A stretch of DNA of 62,979 bases, the filler included, from Acetivibrio sp. (lineage in GTDB: Bacteria; Bacillota; Clostridia; Acetivibrionales; Acetivibrionaceae), in assembly GCF_035371925.1 (NCBI RefSeq). It is 3 parts of 3 records of this genome, joined end to end, with 100 filler letters (N's around TTAATTAATTAA, not from the genome) between each part and the next. Parts side by side here need not be neighbours in the genome. Positions count along the whole stretch, not along the records: positions 42,805 to 62,979 come from NZ_DAORXT010000053.1; 2 more parts are not named here. One strand, 5' to 3'. The stretch's first letter is position 1; each line of letters opens with the position of its first letter. The notes under the pieces were generated by a model that was not told the DNA's origin, did not search any database, and worked only from the letters and a program-made list of their open reading frames with translations. Made by a program: the position numbers and the translations under genes. This document shows positions 54,393-62,979 of the stretch, piece by piece.

Positions 54393-56252
54393 ATGAGTGA
54401 AGTGCTGGATAGAAATCTGTCTCTCTTAAAGGAGTATCAGCCTGATACATACAAAAAAATTGACAAATACATTAAGGGAGAGTATGTTCCGAAGGACAAT
54501 TCGGTGGAAAAAATACTTTTAGCCCGCCAGGATGATCTGATAATAAACATTATGGTAAGATGTTCGCGACAAGACTTTTTGCTCTGTGACCATGAAAACC
54601 CGATTAATGAGGCCTATGCATGGATTGATAAATATATTGATCCTTCCAACAAGGCAGATATTGTTTTTGGAATGGGGATGGCATTTCACCTTGAAGTTCT
54701 TCTTACAAGCTTTCCAAATAAAAAAGTAATTATTGTTGAGCCCAATATTGATTTGTTTTATCAGATTGTCTGCATAAGAAATCTCGAACCGGTTATTAAA
54801 AAGGCAGAAATCATTGTGGATGAAGACCTGGATGTTATCCTTGAGAAGATAAACTCCCTTTTTTGGGATACGGAAAAGGGCGGAATTCAGGTGCAGCCTT
54901 TTGAGGTATATGGCGAGATGTTTCCCGAGAAGTGGGACAAGCTTCGGGACAGCTTTATAAAGCTTGCAAACAATTTTACTGTGGATATTGCGACCAGGAG
55001 AAAGTTTGGAGAGCTGTGGGTGCACAATAATATAAAGAATCTTAATAAGATTTCTGAAGCATCCGATGCCGGAGTACTGGTGGGTAAATTCAAAGGCATT
55101 CCCGGAGTATTGGTATCGGCCGGGCCTTCCCTTGAAAAAAACATCCGTCTTTTAAAGGGCCTTGAGGACAAATGTGTTATCATGGCGGCAGGAACAGCAG
55201 TGCGGATTATGGAAAGCTTTGATTTGTCACCGCATTTTATGGTGGGAATAGATGCGGGGGATAAAGAAGGAGAAATACATTCGAACGTAAAGAACAAGGA
55301 CATCTATTTTATCTATTCGAACCAGGTTTCCATACATTCTGTAAAGGGTTATACCGGCCCCAAATTTGTTATGAATTATCCTGTTGACATGTATACGGCA
55401 GGTTTCTTTGAGTATGCCAATATAAAGTCGGACTTTTTCTTGAGCGGTCCGTCGGTTGCCAATACCTGCTTCGATATTTTGTTTAAAATGGGATGTGACC
55501 CGATAATAATTATCGGTCAAGACATGGCATTTACCTTTGGAAGTATGTATGCAGGTGAGGCGCCGGGAACAGTCGTAAACGATGTGGTAGATGTTCAAAA
55601 AAGAGGATATATTCTTGCTAAAGATATATACGGAAACGAAGTCTATACCACACGGCCGTTTCTTGCAATGAAAAACTGGTTTGAAGGATATTTTGAGAAA
55701 ATAGAGGGCAGGACTGAAATAATAAATGCCACTGAAGGAGGACTCAATATTCTACATGCCCGAAATGAAACTCTTGAGGCTGCCCTAAAGAGCTGTAAAT
55801 TATCCGAAGCCGGCATTAAGCAGCATATCAAGCTGCTGCATGAGGAAGGAAGATTTGACGATTCGACTGCTTCAAAAATTGAGGAGTACAAAGCATATGT
55901 TCAAAAAGAGATAAGAAGGCTTGATGAGGTGTCTAAAAGACAGCTTGAGACGGCGGAATACTTAAGGAGGGATGTTTATCATCCGTCAAAAAACCGCTCA
56001 AAGTTTATCAAGGCTGTTAATTCAATAAATGAAATGTCGGACAGGGTTTTTGAGTCTCCTATATACCATTCCCTTCTTAAAAATCTTGTGGAAATTGATT
56101 TCTATCTTATAAAAGCGGAGGTGGAAAGAGCGGTAAAGATATTAACGAAATATGACGATATAAAAAACATATATGTGAACGCCATCCTTAGTCAGAATGA
56201 AAAACTGAGCACAAGCCTTGACAAGCTAAAAAGATTCTTTGAGGGTGAGTAG
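54393..56252 (+). CDS. Motility-associated factor (Maf, DUF115) family glycosyltransferase-like protein
   Basis: SAGPSLEKNI, AAGTA, PHFMVGID, GPSVAN, GQDMAF, INATEGG. Confidence 0.82.
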   Translation: MSEVLDRNLSLLKEYQPDTYKKIDKYIKGEYVPKDNSVEKILLARQDDLIINIMVRCSRQDFLLCDHENPINEAYAWIDKYIDPSNKADIVFGMGMAFHLEVLLTSFPNKKVIIVEPNIDLFYQIVCIRNLEPVIKKAEIIVDEDLDVILEKINSLFWDTEKGGIQVQPFEVYGEMFPEKWDKLRDSFIKLANNFTVDIATRRKFGELWVHNNIKNLNKISEASDAGVLVGKFKGIPGVLVSAGPSLEKNIRLLKGLEDKCVIMAAGTAVRIMESFDLSPHFMVGIDAGDKEGEIHSNVKNKDIYFIYSNQVSIHSVKGYTGPKFVMNYPVDMYTAGFFEYANIKSDFFLSGPSVANTCFDILFKMGCDPIIIIGQDMAFTFGSMYAGEAPGTVVNDVVDVQKRGYILAKDIYGNEVYTTRPFLAMKNWFEGYFEKIEGRTEIINATEGGLNILHARNETLEAALKSCKLSEAGIKQHIKLLHEEGRFDDSTASKIEEYKAYVQKEIRRLDEVSKRQLETAEYLRRDVYHPSKNRSKFIKAVNSINEMSDRVFESPIYHSLLKNLVEIDFYLIKAEVERAVKILTKYDDIKNIYVNAILSQNEKLSTSLDKLKRFFEGE

Positions 56253-56343
56253 TTTTTACTTGTCAATGCTGTGTCAAAGTTTTTACATTGTTGCATAACT
56301 ATCTTACTTTTCAAAAAAATTATATTAGAGTGGGGTGCATAGG

Positions 56344-57111
56344 ATGAAAAAAGCTTTATGTATTTTAGTTGTAATTGTTTTGGCAAGTACATGTTTAATT
56401 GCTTATGCTGCCGAAACAAATCAATGGACAGCATTAAGGGCAACGTTTAATGTTTTTGTAAAAGGAGAGGAGTTCCAATCTCAAGACCCTATAGTCGCTA
56501 TCAACGGAAGAACATATTTACCGCTTAAAGCAATTGGCGACGTGCTGGGAGTAGATGTAGTCTGGAACGAGCAGCAAAGACGTGTGGAAGTGGCAATGAC
56601 GGAAAATGACAAAGAAAAAGATGTTGCACCGGTTATTATAAACCATGAAGCAGGCACCGGAGAATATATTCTGGATGTTGCACTTGAATCAGTTAAAGCA
56701 AAACCCGGAGATACTGTGGAAATACCTTTGAAATTTGAAAATATACCGGCCCAGGGAATAGACTCTCTGAATTTGAGTCTGTATTATGACAGCAAAGCTG
56801 TAGAAGTTCTAAAAGTGGAACCGGGAAGTATAGTTACAAACCCCGATGTTAATTTCGCTTACAACGTAGCTACAAAAAATTCTGAAATAATTATGCTCTT
56901 TGTTGATGAAAGTCAAAAGGGCGAAGAATCAATAAAAACTGACGGTGAATTTGCAAAATTGGTTATTAAAATAAAATCTGATGTTTTTAATAAAAGCGAA
57001 GCATCAAAGATGTTTAGTTTAATTACTTTTGGCGAAAGCAATTTCTGTGATTATGATTTAAATACTATACTTGCAACATTTAAAGAAGCTAAAGTGGAGA
57101 TTGAGAAATAG
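56344..57111 (+). CDS. olpC: OlpC-like cell-surface protein: copper amine oxidase N-terminal-like domain plus type I cohesin
   Basis: Signal peptide; INGRTYLPLKAIGDVLGVDVVWN; cohesin KPGDTVEIPLKFENIP..YDSKAVEVLKVEPG..IKTDGEFAKL. Confidence 0.75.
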   Translation: MKKALCILVVIVLASTCLIAYAAETNQWTALRATFNVFVKGEEFQSQDPIVAINGRTYLPLKAIGDVLGVDVVWNEQQRRVEVAMTENDKEKDVAPVIINHEAGTGEYILDVALESVKAKPGDTVEIPLKFENIPAQGIDSLNLSLYYDSKAVEVLKVEPGSIVTNPDVNFAYNVATKNSEIIMLFVDESQKGEESIKTDGEFAKLVIKIKSDVFNKSEASKMFSLITFGESNFCDYDLNTILATFKEAKVEIEK

Positions 57112-57180
57112 TTTATAATACATATGCAACAATTCAAAATTAAGAGAGGCTTAAAAGCTCTCTCTTTTTTATTTTTTTGT

Positions 57181-57209
57181 AACACATCAGCTGTAGTTAA
57201 CATAAGATA
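57181..57209 (+). promoter_or_regulatory. Putative sigma-K promoter
   Basis: AACA-N16-CATAAGATA. Confidence 0.6.
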
Positions 57210-57245
57210 TAGAAAGACGGTTGCACATTGAAAGGGGAGAGAGTG

Positions 57246-57686
57246 ATGTCAAAATTTGGAGGGTTGTCGGCGAACAGCTTATCAGCATTACTTTCAAATT
57301 ATATTGGAGAGACTGTTACCATATTCACTAAAAGCGGAGGAGAGTCGGGAGCAGGTTTTACCGGAGTAATTCTTTCCGTTAACGACTGTTTTGTAAGACT
57401 GATAACAAGAATCGGTCCGCCTCCGGGATGTGCTTTAGGTAACGCATGTACAGGATTTAATGTGGGAAATCAATACGGAGGAGGCATTGCACCTTCGGGT
57501 GGTGGATGCGGCATAAGCGGGGGCTATGCTGCAGGATATGGAAAAGGATACGGCCCGATACTTCCTGCCAATGAAAACGGTGCAATAACTGCCGGCGGAT
57601 GGAACGGTTATCCTGTATATACAGTCGGTTCGGTAACAGACATACCTATAGAAAACATAGTATCCTTTGTCCATAATGCAGTTTGA
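57246..57686 (+). CDS. Gly/Cys-rich hypothetical protein, putative spore coat
   Basis: AGGGGAG RBS; paralog of 59696-60112; sigma-K-like promoter. Confidence 0.7.
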   Translation: MSKFGGLSANSLSALLSNYIGETVTIFTKSGGESGAGFTGVILSVNDCFVRLITRIGPPPGCALGNACTGFNVGNQYGGGIAPSGGGCGISGGYAAGYGKGYGPILPANENGAITAGGWNGYPVYTVGSVTDIPIENIVSFVHNAV

Positions 57687-57705
57687 TATATTAAAAACAC
57701 CAAAT

Positions 57706-57729
57706 CCGGGAACTTTCCCGGTTTTTTTT
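57706..57729 (+). terminator. Intrinsic terminator
   Basis: CCGGGAA/TTCCCGG stem plus T-tract. Confidence 0.8.
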
Positions 57730-57858
57730 ATTTATTTTATTCAAATTAATGTTTTAATTATAGTTCAATAGATGAATTTTGACGATAAATGATAGTAGTA
57801 ATAAAAAGCAAAAGACAACTACAAATTTGTTGATTTTGATACCAAAGGAGGCAAAATT

Positions 57859-59688
57859 ATGAAAAGTGTTTTTAATAAATTTAAGGGAAGTATTGCCAGA
57901 ATTGTTCTGATGTATTTTATTGCTGCAGTTATGATTCTTGGTTTTACGATAAAAGAGAGCAACTCGGTTTATAATAAGAAGATGGCTCAGGGCGAAAGCG
58001 TTGTGAGGGAAACTCAAGATATAATTATAGAGCAAATGGATACTATTAATGAACTTTATTCCAAACTGGTAAAATCAAGTATGAATGTTTTGATAAGAAC
58101 AGGCTTGTCAATTGGAACACCGAATATCAGAGAGGAGATTAGCTTTTCGGGAAAGACTGTTCCCCAATTGTTTTTAGGAGAAGAACCTGTAATTGGAAAT
58201 TATGAACTGGTGGATAAAATAGCCGGTGAAACCGGAGGAACTGCGACTATTTTTGCCAAGGCCAAGAGCGGAGAATTTGTCAGGATAAGTACAAATGTAA
58301 AGCAGGAGGACGGTTCAAGGGCAATAGGTACTGTATTGGACCAAAATGGACAGGCCTTTGAAAATATAGTCAACAGAAAGCCTTTCTACGGAATGGTTGA
58401 TATACTGGGCAAGCAATATTTTACAGGCTATGAACCGATGTATGATTCCAACAGTGAAATTATCGGAATATGGTATGTGGGTTTTCCGGCGGACCAGATG
58501 CAGGTGTTGTCAAAAATTATACAAGGCAAAAAGCAATTTGAAAACGATTGCTACATAATTATGGACATGAATGAAACAGTAGTGGCAAAATCGGGAGATA
58601 TGAAAGATGAGGAAATATTTAGCGTGCTTAAGGGAGACAAGAATACAAAAGAGTGGAGTATAATAGAAAAAGAGTATGAACCTTGGGGATACAAGGTAAT
58701 ATCGCTAATAAAAAAATCTGATGTTGACGGTGTGGCAAGAAAAGAGCAGATGCAAATTGTCATTAACATTGCATTAGTATTTTTAATTTTCAGTTTTTTC
58801 ATGCTCTTCTTTTTAGCTTCGACAAGAAAATTAAACAAAAAAATATTGGCTTTGGCTCAAAACCTCTATGAATCCAGCCGCTTAATATTGTCCACATCAT
58901 CCCAACTTGCAATGACGAGTCAGCAATTGGCGGAAGGAAGTGCCGAGCAGGCGGCGGCAATTGAACAGACCTCTGCAACAATGCAGGAGAACTCAACCAT
59001 GATAAAACAGAATGCCGAAAACACAAAGACAGCATCGGCTTTGTCCGAAAAAACCGCACGGGCGTCGGATGAAGGGTATAAACATATGATAGATATGAAC
59101 AATTCGATGAATGAAATTAAAAAATCCAGTGATGAAATGGCAAAAATAATAAGAGTTATAGATGATATAGCTTTTCAGACCAATATTTTAGCTTTAAATG
59201 CCGCTGTTGAGGCTGCAAGGGCGGGAAGTGCCGGAGCAGGATTTGCGGTTGTTGCCGAAGAAGTCAGAAATCTGGCGCAAAGAAGTGCCAAAGCAGCAAA
59301 AGATACTGCGGAAATAATTGAGAAAAATATTTCTCTGTCCGCCAAGGGAGTGGAAATTAGTGCACTGGTTGGCAATTCATTCAAAGAGATAAACGAAAAT
59401 GCGGAAAAAGTCAGCAACCTTGTAGCGGAAATATCCGTTGCAAGCGATGAACAGGCAAACGGGGCCGAGCAATTTGCCCAGTCTATAATTCAGATGGAAC
59501 AGGTGGTACAGCAAAATGCTGCGGCAGCACAGGAAAATTCTGCTTCTGCCCAGGAATTGGAGGCTCAGGCGGAAAAAATATTGCGTATGGTTTCAGAGCT
59601 TAATATTTTGGTAAAAGGCAAAGACAACGGCATGGGAAATAAAACTAATAATGTCAAGGCAGATATCGATTTTGAAAGGCTAGTGTGA
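57859..59688 (+). CDS. Methyl-accepting chemotaxis protein with Cache sensor
   Basis: TM, GGTATIF..FVRISTNV..RAIGT Cache motifs, TM, QTNILALNAAVEAARAGSAGAGFAVVAEEVRNLA. Confidence 0.93.
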   Translation: MKSVFNKFKGSIARIVLMYFIAAVMILGFTIKESNSVYNKKMAQGESVVRETQDIIIEQMDTINELYSKLVKSSMNVLIRTGLSIGTPNIREEISFSGKTVPQLFLGEEPVIGNYELVDKIAGETGGTATIFAKAKSGEFVRISTNVKQEDGSRAIGTVLDQNGQAFENIVNRKPFYGMVDILGKQYFTGYEPMYDSNSEIIGIWYVGFPADQMQVLSKIIQGKKQFENDCYIIMDMNETVVAKSGDMKDEEIFSVLKGDKNTKEWSIIEKEYEPWGYKVISLIKKSDVDGVARKEQMQIVINIALVFLIFSFFMLFFLASTRKLNKKILALAQNLYESSRLILSTSSQLAMTSQQLAEGSAEQAAAIEQTSATMQENSTMIKQNAENTKTASALSEKTARASDEGYKHMIDMNNSMNEIKKSSDEMAKIIRVIDDIAFQTNILALNAAVEAARAGSAGAGFAVVAEEVRNLAQRSAKAAKDTAEIIEKNISLSAKGVEISALVGNSFKEINENAEKVSNLVAEISVASDEQANGAEQFAQSIIQMEQVVQQNAAAAQENSASAQELEAQAEKILRMVSELNILVKGKDNGMGNKTNNVKADIDFERLV

Positions 59689-59695
59689 TTTGAAA

Positions 59696-60112
59696 TTAAA
59701 TATTGTTATGTGCAAAGGAAATAATCTTATCTACGGGAATCACGGCAAATGCTCCGGCATTGTAAAGAGGGATGCTTGGGGGATGAAAGTGCCCGATTCC
59801 GCATGGAAAATCAGGATGGGTAATGCAAAGATTATTCAATGAGCATGCCGGTGGCGGGGCTATGGATATAACCAGCTCTATGTACACTTCATTTGCGAAC
59901 AAAAGTATTCCTGTAAAACCGGCTCCTGAGATTCCTCCCGATTCAACAAAAACGGTTACTGTTTCACCTATGTAATTTGCCATATGGGCTGAAAAACGTG
60001 CATTTTCTGATAATAATGGATTTTTAATAGAAGGAATTGCTTCACAATCAGGCTTTGGCCTGATTTCTTTTATTTTGTTCTTTTTTCTTCTTGGTCTTCT
60101 TAAAAAAAACAT
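59696..60112 (-). CDS. Hypothetical protein, paralog of 57246-57686
   Basis: GGGAGG RBS before MFFLRR; NYIGETVTVF.ESGG.SGAGFTG; sigma-E-like ATA-N17-CATATCCT upstream (about 60149-60176). Confidence 0.7.
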   Translation of the reverse strand: MFFLRRPRRKKNKIKEIRPKPDCEAIPSIKNPLLSENARFSAHMANYIGETVTVFVESGGISGAGFTGILLFANEVYIELVISIAPPPACSLNNLCITHPDFPCGIGHFHPPSIPLYNAGAFAVIPVDKIISFAHNNI

Positions 60113-60405
60113 CCAATATTCCTCCCGGTAGCAATATTTTAAACTCAAAGGATATGTTCAATAATGTGTTTTTTATATAGCGGTATATTTTGACCTTAAT
60201 ATATCATAGCTTTATATTCATAAAATGGTTACCGGTTTCCTATGGAAAATTCAAATGATGCACCGATTGCAAGAGATATTAATGTGCTTTGGGTAAAAAA
60301 ATATAAGGTGACATTTTAAACGACATTTTCCTTTAAAGGGAATAGGTTTATAATACTTATACAGATTAATGGTATTATATTCTTCAAATTAAATAAAATG
60401 CCAAT

Positions 60406-60447
60406 TTGATTTAATTGGTAATTGTGATATAATAATGTATATCATAA
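60406..60447 (+). promoter_or_regulatory. Sigma-A promoter overlapped by palindromic operator-like site
   Basis: TTGATT-N16-TATAAT with extended TG; TGATATA-N6-TATATCA inverted repeat over the -10. Confidence 0.55.
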
Positions 60448-60597
60448 TACATTTTGAAGGCTAACTTATGGATTTAAAACAAAAAGCACTTAAAGCAAAA
60501 GTATACGGAGAAAATTCCTCATATAGAAAAATTATTTGCATTTGTTGCAGATGCGAGATTATCAATTAGTAAAATTTATTGGAAAGGAAATTAAATT

Positions 60598-60942
60598 ATG
60601 GATAGAACAATTAATACAAAATTTTTTACATTTAGACAAAATAATTCAGGAGGATATTTTATAATTAATGATTATGTTGCAAGATTTGTGATTATTGAGG
60701 CAAGAGATGCAAATGAAGCAATTAGTAAAGCAATAAAGATAACCAAAAATTATTCACAATCTTGTCCTTGTTGCGGCAAAAGATGGAATCTAAGGGTAAA
60801 TGATAACGATGGCACGGATGAACCAATGGTATTTAATACAAAAATAAAGGAAAAAGAGCACAAAAGTGATTTTGGTTGCGAAACTATTATTTATTATTAT
60901 AATGGGCAAAAAGAAAAATTATGGTATAAATCTGGAAATTAA
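60598..60942 (+). CDS. Small phage-like hypothetical protein with CPCCG motif
   Basis: GGAAAGGA RBS; FTFRQNNSGG..IEA..CPCCGKRW; AT-rich. Confidence 0.7.
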   Translation: MDRTINTKFFTFRQNNSGGYFIINDYVARFVIIEARDANEAISKAIKITKNYSQSCPCCGKRWNLRVNDNDGTDEPMVFNTKIKEKEHKSDFGCETIIYYYNGQKEKLWYKSGN

Positions 60943-60970
60943 TACGAAATGTATAAAATTAACTTTTGAA

Positions 60971-61081
60971 AATGTCTAAAATTTTGTGTATAAGAAAGGT
61001 AATTTCCTTCTTGGCAAGAATTACAAAATAAAATCTAAGGAGCAGATTCTTTATTTTCTTATATATAAAGTTTTAGACATT
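60971..61081 (+). ncRNA. Candidate structured RNA (or small repeat element)
   Basis: 27-bp closing stem whose three non-Watson-Crick pairs are all G-U on the plus strand; two internal hairpins. Confidence 0.4.
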
Positions 61082-61117
61082 CTCTAAGGTTATTCAACTA
61101 ACTTCTGATAGAATCAA

Positions 61118-61161
61118 TATATAAAAAAAGATGGCCTTAACAGGCTATCTTTTTTTATATA
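61118..61161 (+). terminator. Terminator (possibly bidirectional)
   Basis: TATATAAAAAAAGATGGCC / GGCTATCTTTTTTTATATA. Confidence 0.75.
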
Positions 61162-61371
61162 TAGGACGCAAGGTATAGAATTTTTAACTAAATGTGTGTC
61201 TGAAAATATAGGACGTTTTGCAATAACTTTGATATTGTAAATTCACAAAATTATAGTTATAAATTATGAAATAAAGAAAACAAATTTTTAAAAAAGATGT
61301 AGAATTTGTACAGGTTGTGGTATAATTATGTGGCGATATTTGGATATAGGGTTGAAAGGTTGTGGGGAGAG

Positions 61372-62910
61372 ATGCTCTCGAAAATAAAAAGTATGGGCTT
61401 AATGGGGATAGATGGATATGTTGTGATTGTTGAAACGGATATAAGCAATGGGATTCCGTCTTTTGACATGGTAGGGCTCGGGGATACTGCTGTGAAGGAA
61501 TCGAAGGAGAGAGTTCGCGCTGCTATAAAAAATGCAGGTTTTGAATTTCCGATAAAGAGAATTACAGTTAATCTTGCACCTGCCGACAAGAAAAAAGAAG
61601 GCTCTGCTTTTGACCTGCCGATAGCTTTGGGAATATTGACGGCAACGGAACAGATAAACGCCAATAATCTTGACAGGTATGCTTTTTTAGGAGAGCTTTC
61701 TTTGGACGGTGAAATAAAATCTGTAAAGGGTATTCTTCCCATGGTTTTGTGTGCTAAGAAAAACGGTGTGGAAAACATAGTTTTACCCGTGGATAATGCG
61801 GATGAGGCGGCGGTTGTAAAGGATATTAATGTGCTTCCGGCAAAAAATATAAGGGATGTTGTGAACCATTTGAACGGAGCTGTGGAGATTGAGAGACATA
61901 AAGTAGATATTGAATCGATTTTTAGAAGCAGCCTCGTCTATGATGTGGATTTTTCGGATGTAAAGGGGCAGGAGACTGTCAAGAGAGCTCTTGAAGTTGC
62001 AGCCAGCGGCGGGCACAACTGCATCATGATAGGTTCTCCGGGATGTGGCAAGACAATGATTGCTAAAAGGCTTCCTACAATTCTTCCTCTAATGACGTTT
62101 GAAGAAGCTCTGGAAGTTACAAAAATTCATAGCATTGCCGGGACTTTGCCTAAAAATACTTCCCTTATTACCCAAAGGCCTTTTCGGGCACCACACCATA
62201 CGATATCGAATGTTAGCTTGATAGGAGGAGGAAAAATACCGAAACCCGGCGAAATCAGCCTTGCCCATTACGGCGTACTGTTTTTGGATGAGCTTCCGGA
62301 GTTTAACAAAGATGCCCTGGAGGTGCTAAGGCAGCCTCTGGAAGATGGAGTGGTGACCATTTCGAGAATTAATGCCACTTTGACCTATCCTGCAAGGACT
62401 ACATTAATATGTGCTGCAAATCCGTGCAAATGCGGAAATTACCTTGATAATGAAAAAGAGTGCACCTGCAGTCCGAAGCAGATTCAGCAGTACTTTGGAA
62501 AAATCTCAGGTCCCCTTTTGGACCGAATAGATTTGCACATTGAAGTTGCATCGGTAAAATACAAGGACTTAGAAAGTCAGGAGGAAGGAGAATGTTCAAG
62601 CGTTATTAGGGAAAGGGTAAATCGAACGAGAAAAATACAGCAGGAAAGGTATAAAGGGCTTGGCATTTTTTCAAACGCAGAGCTCACACCTTCACTTATC
62701 AATAAATTTTGCAGGCTGGATGAAAATTGCAAAGGAATTTTGCGAAATGCTTTTGACAAGTTAGGGCTTAGCGCAAGGGCGCATAACAGAATACTAAAAG
62801 TTGCCCGTACCATAGCAGACATGGAGGAAAGCGAGGATATAAAAGCGAATCATTTGTTGGAAGCAATACAGTACAGGAGCTTAGACAGGAGAAAATGGTT
62901 GGATGGTTGA
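61372..62910 (+). CDS. comM: YifB/ComM Mg-chelatase-like AAA+ ATPase
   Basis: KESKERVRAA, NLAPADKKKEGSAFDLP, GSPGCGKT, LFLDELPEF, LSARA. Confidence 0.92.
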   Translation: MLSKIKSMGLMGIDGYVVIVETDISNGIPSFDMVGLGDTAVKESKERVRAAIKNAGFEFPIKRITVNLAPADKKKEGSAFDLPIALGILTATEQINANNLDRYAFLGELSLDGEIKSVKGILPMVLCAKKNGVENIVLPVDNADEAAVVKDINVLPAKNIRDVVNHLNGAVEIERHKVDIESIFRSSLVYDVDFSDVKGQETVKRALEVAASGGHNCIMIGSPGCGKTMIAKRLPTILPLMTFEEALEVTKIHSIAGTLPKNTSLITQRPFRAPHHTISNVSLIGGGKIPKPGEISLAHYGVLFLDELPEFNKDALEVLRQPLEDGVVTISRINATLTYPARTTLICAANPCKCGNYLDNEKECTCSPKQIQQYFGKISGPLLDRIDLHIEVASVKYKDLESQEEGECSSVIRERVNRTRKIQQERYKGLGIFSNAELTPSLINKFCRLDENCKGILRNAFDKLGLSARAHNRILKVARTIADMEESEDIKANHLLEAIQYRSLDRRKWLDG

Positions 62911-62979
62911 ATATATAAGATATAATGAGCATTCCTGTAATGAAACAAAATGATCTTTGAAAAAGAAGATGCCAGGCTG

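Overview
Chromosomal DNA of a cellulosome-producing, spore-forming clostridium. The XynZ-like xylanase, OlpC-like cohesin protein and gene order suggest a close relative of Acetivibrio (Clostridium) thermocellus (inference). The window is three contigs joined by artificial 100-bp N44-TTAATTAATTAA-N44 linkers (21603-21702, 42705-42804), so adjacency across them is not evidence. Contig 1 (1-21602, minus strand): F1Fo ATP synthase operon (atpB lost at the gap), an unusual 583-aa multidomain protein, three SLH-anchored surface proteins (two are very large Fn3-repeat proteins), ywmB, murA, spoIID. Contig 2 (21703-42704): ccdA-tlpA-trx/trxB-trxB redox operon, four small uncharacterised likely spore genes before sleB, tex, an orphan sugar-binding lipoprotein plus PfkB kinase, uvsE, a methyltransferase, a peptidoglycan-binding protein, a sugar-phosphate nucleotidyltransferase/PMM-like fusion, a pseudouridine synthase and the 3' half of xynZ cut by a probable IS end. 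Contig 3 (42805-62979): a matching IS end, gatD-murT, a 5'-deleted second murA, divIB-sbp-ftsA-ftsZ-spoIIGA-sigE-sigG-ylmC-nrdR, a Maf-type protein, an OlpC-like cohesin, two paralogous putative spore proteins flanking an MCP, an AT-rich phage-like mini-cassette with a candidate structured RNA, and comM/yifB. No rRNA, tRNA or CRISPR array was seen. The best novelty candidates are the 583-aa dead-nuclease/repeat/DUF2325 protein, the 60.4-61.2 kb mini-cassette, the IS ends, the paired Fn3/SLH giants and the redox operon. Family calls come from motif recognition, not database searches.
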